Below are positions 55,601 to 64,000 of a DNA stretch of 64,000 nucleotides, in pieces; position 1 is the first letter of the stretch; each line of letters begins with the position of its first letter. This stretch comes from Auanema rhodensis (Eukaryota > Animalia > Nematoda). The stretch is from the NCBI GenBank assembly GCA_964057225.1, contig OZ059897.1, forward strand, positions 15,314,001 through 15,378,000. The letters run 5' to 3'. The notes below the pieces were generated by a model. The model was given only the letters and a program-made list of their open reading frames with translations. It was not told the origin of the DNA and ran no database searches. The translations under genes and the position numbers were made by a program.

Positions 55601-58600
55601 GGAATTAAAGTTTATTCAATGCAGAACCAACTTTCTTCTTAAAAATTCTTTTTTTTTATTGAAATTACATGCACTTTATACTATTACTTGTTATTTTATA
55701 TTTATATACATATATATATATTATTTTTTTATTAAATATTTTGAAAATTTCAAAGACATTCTAAGTTATTCATATATTTCTTTTTTCAGACGAAGTTTTT
55801 GATGATCAACGCTCTTCTATGTACAAAGAAATTGAGGAACAATTAAATAAAACTTTTCCAAGTACAATGACAAATGGTTTGTTTTAGAAGTTTGTCTTAT
55901 ACATATTATAATAAATTCTTTTTAGAATCTGTATATGCTACAGCAGATTTGATAACCAGACCAGATGAATTGGAAATTAGTAAAATCACATTGGAAGATC
56001 ATGTTGATAATCTAGTAAGATTAATTCTTTTGATTTAAGTTATTGTCTTATCTTCTAGGATGATTCATCACCTGAATACAGCTATAGTCAGCAATATACA
56101 AGTCGTTTACCTATAGAACCACCTCTATATCAATTGTATATGTTGGAAGAACAAGAAAAATTAGTTGATGATACATTACTTACGGAACCATCCGTCATCG
56201 TGGATACGGTTACTGTTGAAGAAGCTGAAGCTCCAATTAAGGTTCGTTCATCTCTATCTTTCCACCTTATCCTTGTTATATTCTTCACATTACAATTTTC
56301 ATTCTTTGTAGAGCCGTCGTGAGTCTTCAGTATCATCAGATAGTGGACGAGGTGCTGATTGCAGTACCTCGGCTTCAGCTCTGACTTCAAACACATCTAT
56401 GAGACGTGAACGTCTAGTTGCTGGAAGCCATTTCGGTAGTCAACGCAGTCTTTGGTGTGAATTGGCTGAAGTGAAGTCTGCTGGCCTCTTGGAAACATTG
56501 GATGAGGAAACAAAGCTTTTGCAAGAAGCATACTTTGAGGTTATAACAAGTGAAGCAAGCTACTTGAGATCACTCAACATTCTTATAACTCACTTTATGG
56601 CTAGCCAAGAAATGCTAGGTAACTATAAGATTTTTCTCAATTCAACTGAATATTTGTTTTTCCAGGATCCAAAAGCCCATCATCAGTTATATCAAATGCA
56701 GATCGTAAACAGCTTTTCAGTAATATCTTTGCTGTTCGTGATTGTAGTGAAAAGTATTTTATTTTTCATTAAGAAATATAAACTAATTCTTCAGGTTACT
56801 ATGTGATTTGGAAACTAGATTGGAGGAGAATTTAGTTTTAGACGATATCTGTGATATTCTTGTTGAACATTTTGAAAAACATTTTGATGTTTATATCAAA
56901 TATTGTTCTAATCAAGTCTATCAAGATAGAACATTAAGACGTTTAAAAACTGAAAATCATGGCTTTCTTACTTCTGTTTCTCGATTGGAAGCTGATCGTC
57001 AATGCCAAGGATTAGATATGAGATCTTTCCTAATGTTGCCCATGCAACGCATTACAAGGTCCTTATATCATATAATTTATAATTATAAAATATATTTATA
57101 GATATCCTTTATTACTATATGCCATCATTGATCGTGTTAATTCTGAAACTGAACGTTATAAAACTGTTTCAAAAGCATTAACATTAGCTAATAAGGTTGT
57201 TCGTGAATGTAATGAAGGTGCTCGTCGAATGGAAAGAACTGAACAACTTCTTGAAGTTGATAAACGTCTTGTTTACAAGGATCCCGATCTCAAGTAATAT
57301 ATCTAATAATTATATTTATTTATAATTTATATTTTATAGAAGAATTCCATTAGTATCAAATAGTCGCCACTTAGTAAAGCGTGGTACGCTGACTCAGTTG
57401 GTTGAACGACGAACGAAAGGTCTCCTTCAAGGAAGACAAAAAGCTCGAAGCATACACGTCTTTCTTTTCTCAGATATTATTATGATTACAAAAAAGAAAA
57501 TGTTGTTTATATATTAATTTTATAATTATTTTATATATTTCTTATAGTAATGGAACATATGTTTGTAAAGATTATGCTAGTCGACCCTATGTAGATATTG
57601 AACCTATTGAACCTGATAATCCAAGAGTAAGTTCAAACTTTTATTTTTCTCATCTTTTAATTTTAAATTTCAAAACTTTATTCTTGTATTCAGATTCCAC
57701 CTGGAGTTATCTCATCATTAGCTACACGACCACATCTTTTCCTCTGTGTTCTAATGAGAAATGCTCGTGGAAAACAGACAGAACTTCTTCTGAATGCAGA
57801 ATCTGAAACTGATAGAGAACGATGGTTATCAGCCATTCGTCCACCTACAGTATGTTTATATTTAAATTTTCCTTTATGTATTCACCAAATAATAATATTT
57901 CAAATTATCTAATCTTTGAAATTCAGTTGATTTTCTGTTTTGAATTGAAATAATATTGGATTGAAAGAAAGAATAAGAAAAAGACGTTTATTTGAAAACA
58001 ATTATTTGTTTTTTCAAAATTATTTAAAACAAATTTTATAAAAACAATCCAAATAAAACCAATTCACTTATGTATATTAACTCACACTTCTTACAAATAA
58101 TATAACTGAAGAAGAAGAAGTAGAAGAAATCAAATATTTATTTCTTTTTCTTTATAATACACAACCAACAATGTTTTTCCCCATAATTCATTAACATCTA
58201 ACACATTCTTTCCCTTTTTCAGTCAACGAATCCTGAAGAGAAAGTTTATGCTGAATGGGATTGTCCTCAATGTATTGTTGTTCATCCTTATACTAAAACA
58301 CAAGATGATGAAATGAATCTACAAGTTGGAGATATGATCAATATTCTTCGAAAAATGCCTGACGGTAATACCAGTGATGATGATGGTGTTGATGCTGATC
58401 CGTATGATGATGAGGATGTTGATGTTGATGAAAATGACGATGACGTATTTGATGATGATATGCATGATCTCATGAATAATGCTCGTCCTTCATCACTATC
58501 GTCTGCTTATCATTCTGAAACTTCTGCATGCACGTGAATATGTTGATGCCTATGTTTCTCTTCTGTTTTTGCCACTTTCATTCCTTTGAAAAAGCGGCTT

Positions 58601-59219
58601 TTAAAGTTTTAGCTGACGTCTGTTAAGCTTGCACGCATTCTTGTGCATTTGCGTCAACCAAATCAAATACCTAATTCTACATTCTACATTCGTGTCAACG
58701 AATTACCTTTACTGTTCACAAACTTATATTCTGTTGCTTCTACGTTCTTCTCGCATGTGAAAACTACAACCTTGTGCTGTCGTGGTCTCTGAAATCCTGC
58801 TTGTATCTGCACGTACACGTCACATCACACTATATCTGAATGTACAGTATACCTTTCTCCTTCCAGCTTCTATAGTTTTGCATATGATCACATATAATCA
58901 CATTAACTTTTTCTAATTTATCAATTATTTCAGGATGGTACTACGGTGAAAGATGTCGAGACAATGTGGGAGGATGGTTCCCATCATCATATATTCAACA
59001 AGTACTCAATGACCATGTACGGGCAAACAACTATCGACACCGACTCAGACTTATACAGGTAATATCCTTCAGCTTTTGCTCGTCCTTACCATCAGCTCTA
59101 AACAGGCAGCGTCTGGCTTTACGAGGAGCAATGTGGGGAGGGGAACGTCTCCGTTCATGGATCGATTAAGACGAATGAGTAATCCACGACAACTGTTCCA
59201 ATCAGGCATAGGATTGTAA
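49638..59219 (+). CDS. ephx-1: Ephexin-family RhoGEF (Pro/Ser-rich N-terminus, DH, PH, SH3), many exons
   Basis: EPPLYQLY, LWCELAEVK, LQEAYFEVITSEASYLRSLNIL, YIKYCSNQVYQDRTL, CQGLDMRSFLMLPMQRITRYPLL, MERTEQL, PLVSNSRHLVKRG, FLFSD, WDCPQC...QDDEMNLQVGD, GWYYGER...GWFPSSY. The N-terminal exon structure is less certain. Confidence 0.9.
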
Positions 59220-59777
59220 CATGCTGATATCTTTTCAAACAGCGTCACATCAACGTATTTTTCTGAAATCTTCTCTAATTCATCGCAATATTCTCAATAA
59301 GCTTATATCATATGGAAGTATACACTTAGTTAACTCACGGTTCTTGTGCATATGTTCATCAACTAGTCAACTATTCTGTTGCATAATTTATATTTTAATT
59401 TATCTTTTATTTGTCTTATTATTTTATTGAACATACATATCTAATGACTGTTGTGATATAATTAATTTGAGTTTTTTATCGGATTTCGATAAAGTAGAGA
59501 AGCTATATAATAGTTCCAATAATCCATGGAACGGCAATATAATTTTATTTTGGATGTTGTTGTTTTTATTTTTGTCACTCAGTTATGTATATTTATATAT
59601 ATATATATATATATAGTTTAAAGATTTTTAATTTTAATAAATTTTTTCTGCTTTTTCTTTAAAATTTATTATAATATTAGTAATATTTATAATTTTAATT
59701 TTGTTGTTTTTAAACTTAAAAAAAATAAATATAAATATTTTTTAAAATTATATATTTATTAATATAGAAATCTGTAT

Positions 59778-60969
59778 CTATTCTTGAACTGGGTTTGACA
59801 TGAAGTTTCCGACAACTGGTCCATCGAATTCACGCTTGGCCATTCCCATTGATACAGAGCTAGTGATGTATACATCTCTGTAATTAATTAATTATTTCCT
59901 TCTTTACCTTTATACTCATACCTGTTAACAGTGAGTCCGCAAACGCTTTCGTTTTGAGCATATTGCTTGGCTTGTGGGGATTGGAATCCTCCGAATGGGA
60001 AGAAATCAGTGAAGTTTGGTTGACTTTCTCCGCCAATTCCTCCTCCTCTGACGTTCCAGTACCAGAGAAGATCTCCAGCATTACCGAATCCAGCATAGTT
60101 ACCAGTGATTTGGCTCCATTCATAAGCACTAGTGTAGTAACCAATACCAACACCTCTAGCCTATAAGCAAATTGTATAACAAACTCTAAAAAATATAAAA
60201 TTACTCTGGCTGCATTTCTAATGCTGTTGATCAAGTTGATATTATCGTTAACATTCTTGCTCCAGTTGATGACAGAGACAACCTGTAAAAAAACATTTTC
60301 TTTTGTTAATCTTTTTATAATTTTCAAATAAATTTTATATATTTCTATAATATTCTTTATATTAATAGTTTTAGTTTATAAATGAATGTTTGACGAACCT
60401 GAATCCATACAAATCTGATTTGAATTCCTTGGCTGCTAAGTCCGTTGAACATTTCATTGAATTGAGTACCTCCAGCCTTATTAGTGACAATAGCAGGAGT
60501 CATGAAAACTTCAGTTCCCAAACCAGCTGTAAGGGAATTTGTTTAGTTTATTGAAAGAAAAATCATAATATGTACTTACCCTTGTAAGCATTGAAGATGT
60601 TAGAGCAGGCATATGGATCGAATAAACCTCCGTTGGATGGAGAATAAGCTCTGAATTTCATTTTTAAAAACATTCAATATTAAAAATTAATTTAATTTAA
60701 GAGAAACAAACAAACCTAATAAAAGCTACACTGTATCCGTTATTTTTAATACAGCTCATTACACTTGGGCTAGTGCTGGAAGAGAAATCAACGGCATAAG
60801 CAAGGTAAGCCTGTAATAATTATTATATTCTATTAATTATAATTATATTTATAAATTAAAGTATAAAATTAGAACTTACAGCATCGTTGGCTACAACTGG
60901 AGCAATCTCCTCAACAATTGGAGATGCAATAGCCAAGGCTACAGTAGTCAAGCAGATGAACAACTTCAT
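59778..60969 (-). CDS. Secreted protist-type lysozyme-like protein (LYS-1/7/8 class)
   Basis: MKLFICLTTVALAIASP, AYAVDFS, CIKNNGYSVAFIRAYSP, AGLGTEVFMTP, VWIQV, IGYYTSAYEWSQIT, LWYWNVRGGG, NFTDFFPFGGF, KQYAQNESVCGLTVNRDVY. Confidence 0.92.
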
Positions 60970-62236
60970 CTTAACATAAAAATTAGTTGTTACTTCAATA
61001 ATCAAAGAACTTTTACAAAATTTCAAAAAGAAATTAGTTTCAGATGTTCAAGAGAGCAACTGAAGTTGTATGATAGCTAGAAGCAAACATTGGGCTTAAA
61101 TAAAAAAGCTTTCTTATCTATTTCTTGTGGTGGGGGTTGGGGGGTAATTAAGTATAATCTTTTGGTTATAATTTATGTAATGAAATGACGTGGATTAATT
61201 AATATCATAAAATAAAGAAGATAAACTTCTTATTGAATGAAAATGTATTTTCTTTTATAAATATTTTATTAAAATAATTTTTTTAATAATTAAATTCCAT
61301 TTTATTCTTTATATTCTTATTAAAATTATATATTCTGTTGATTCTTTAATGTTTTCATCTATTTTTTTTAACATTTATTCTTTTGATATTATCACCGACT
61401 ATGTAGTTTTAACTGATATGAGCATTTAAGAGCTTAAAATCATTTATGAAGTTTCTATCTATATCTGATATGAATGAGTGAAGAAAAACGATAAATTATA
61501 CCAATTTACTATCTTTAAATGATTATATTTTTAATAAAATTGCAAAATATTACAAACTATTATAATACTTATATTTAATATATTTATATTTAAATAAAGA
61601 AATATTATATATGTATTTATATATTTTTTTCATAATAAAAGAAATATTTAATATTAAAAAATTATTTATTTTGTTTTTTGATTATTATAAAATTAAATAA
61701 AAATTTTTATTAATAATATAGAAATATATTTTATTTAATTTTATAAATTTTATTAATATATATGTATATAGATATATTATATAACAAAATGATACAATTT
61801 TACTGATATAAGAAATGATCGGAAGGTCAATTTTACGAGCCGGAAATGATATGACTTTTCTATGAAAAACATGATTATAAATAATATAATTAAATCTTTA
61901 TATTATATCTTTATATTTATCTTTTTATTTATTTTTCCGGTTCACATAAACGTCATGTTAATCATCATTTATGAGTTTTAAAATAGTTGAAATGGTGATA
62001 TTACTTCTGAAATAGAAAAATATATGATGAATCAATCATCATCATCAATATATTCTATGAATATATAGTAAAATATGTCAAATACAATTGCTTTATGAAT
62101 CAAAGTTTCATAAAAATAAGAATAATATTATGAATATACATATATATGACGTGTAATATTTATTTATTTAAATTTAAAATATACATTATATGTTAATTAT
62201 ATAGTATTTGCTTTTAGCAAATTATTATTTTTATTC

Positions 62237-64000
62237 TTAAATCGGCTCAAATTTGAATTGGCAGTCACCTTCTGGTAATAATAATGTTTCATATGTCTGA
62301 GCAATTTGTCCTCGATTGTGGGAAATTCGGTAATTTTGTATTAATCTGGAAAGGACGATTTGCAAATCTTGTTCAGCAAATCGACGGCCTAGAATATAAA
62401 ATATTTTGCAGAAAGAATTGACAATCGGGTTTTTGACTATGTTTTTTGTTTTGAATTATGTAAAGTGTTATAATTATCTTTTTTTCTACTAATTTTAGTT
62501 AAAATCTATAACATACCAGCACACATTCTTGGCCCGATGCCAAATGGAAGTAATGCGTAAGGATGAACTGATTCATCTTTATTTTCACGAAGCCAACGTG
62601 ATGGTTTATATAAATTAGGTTCAGTAAACAGTTTTTCTGATCTTTAAAATAAAAATGTTATATTGATTGAATAAGAAGAAAATTTCATATTACCTGGTTA
62701 CTATATTAGTATTGATATCAAAAGGTGTTCCGGCTGGTATTAGATAATCTCCTATCACAACATCTTTCTGTGGAATACGTGATATCTAAATGAATGTTTA
62801 TTTATTATCAATGATTCATGAACTAATTTAATTTACTTCTGTACCAATTGGGTAAAGACGAAATGTTTCTTTGATTGCAGCTTTGAGTAAATTCATTTTA
62901 TTACGTTTAGCCATTACCAATTCTAATTTTCAAAATATATTTTATATAATAATAATAAATTAAATTATTTAAAACCTTCTCCATTTTTAGAAACTGAATT
63001 GACTTCATTGCGAATTTCTTCTTGAATATCTGGATGTTTAGCCAAATTATAAAGATTATAAATGAGCATTGGAGCAGTCTAGAATATTTTCAAATTTATA
63101 ATAATTTATTTCTTTTTTTAAAATTATATATACCGTACTTAAACCATCTGAAAATAAACTAAGCATGATTATTTGTACATCTTTTTCAGTTAAAGTCTAA
63201 ATATGATTGATATAAATTAAATATATATTCATAATACCTCTTGACTAATCAATTCTCCAACTAACATTTTTTTTGATCCAGTTGTCTTATTATCTCTTAT
63301 TTCAGATATAGCTCTTTTCATTAAAGTTTGTGCTTCACTAAAATATTATAAATCTAATATATATATATATATAATATTATATTAATTTATATTCTTTTTT
63401 GAATTTATACTTCTTACTTACGTATAGAATTCGTCTTCCAATTCTACTAACTTTCTCCATTTTCCTTTTGGCATATATTGAACGATTGGCAGTGCAAATT
63501 TCAAACTAAAACAAAGTACATTCACTTAACTTCCCCCAAATATTATATTTCTAGAATAGATTCATACTCTGCCGATAATTTGAATATCTCGTGATTCAGA
63601 CCAGTCAGGTAGTCAGCCCATTGTACATTCTCATTGAGAGCGCCCAATCGTCTTTCGAAAACGATGAGCCCTGCCGATTCCAGTGACCATCTGAAATACA
63701 ATCATAACATTATTCATCATTTCCTTTTGAAAATATCCGTAAAGTTGATAAAAGTTCAAGAAAAAATGAATTATTTAAAAGGTAATTCATGTTATTTTGT
63801 TTTTTTAACTTCCATCGACATTCCAAAATAGTCTGGGTCAACGTTTCAGGAAGTAAAATAGTCAAATTTACATCCATTCAATTTCTGCCACTGCATAATC
63901 AATGATGAACAAATTTTTTTGCCCAAGTTTCAATCCTATTCTTTCTCTAGTCGCCATTTTTTCCTCGTTGTCGAATGATCGTCAGTCAAGATTTATCATT
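62237..64000 (-). CDS. cyp-44A1: Cytochrome P450, mitochondrial-clan CYP44-like, 3' part (5' end outside the window)
   Basis: I-helix [22 protein letters not shown]-helix [18 protein letters not shown], heme motif [20 protein letters not shown]-terminus [18 protein letters not shown]. Confidence 0.88.

Overview
This is AT-rich eukaryotic DNA with short introns (TTTCAG-type acceptors), almost certainly from a rhabditid nematode. (1) 1-16.2 kb is a heat-inducible hsp70 locus. One minus-strand copy and one plus-strand copy form a divergent inverted repeat around a lysozyme-like gene, followed by three more plus-strand copies in a 3184-bp tandem array. Each array unit also carries the 3' end of the neighbouring phenylalanine hydroxylase gene. 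(2) 15.9-32.9 kb holds intact pah-1, three small membrane-protein genes and a second lysozyme-like gene. (3) 32.8-47.9 kb holds two giant palindromes (about 8.3 kb and 6.8 kb) that abut at a single base step, giving an A-A'-B'-B layout. (4) 49.6-64 kb holds an ephexin-type RhoGEF (DH-PH-SH3), a third lysozyme-like gene and the 3' part of a CYP44-like P450. Two structural signals stand out. The double palindrome has the geometry expected if both ends of one DNA break folded back on themselves. The tandem-array junctions suggest the lysozyme-containing spacer has been inverted between the hsp70 arms. Gene models were read by eye, and assembly or amplification artefacts cannot be excluded without raw reads.
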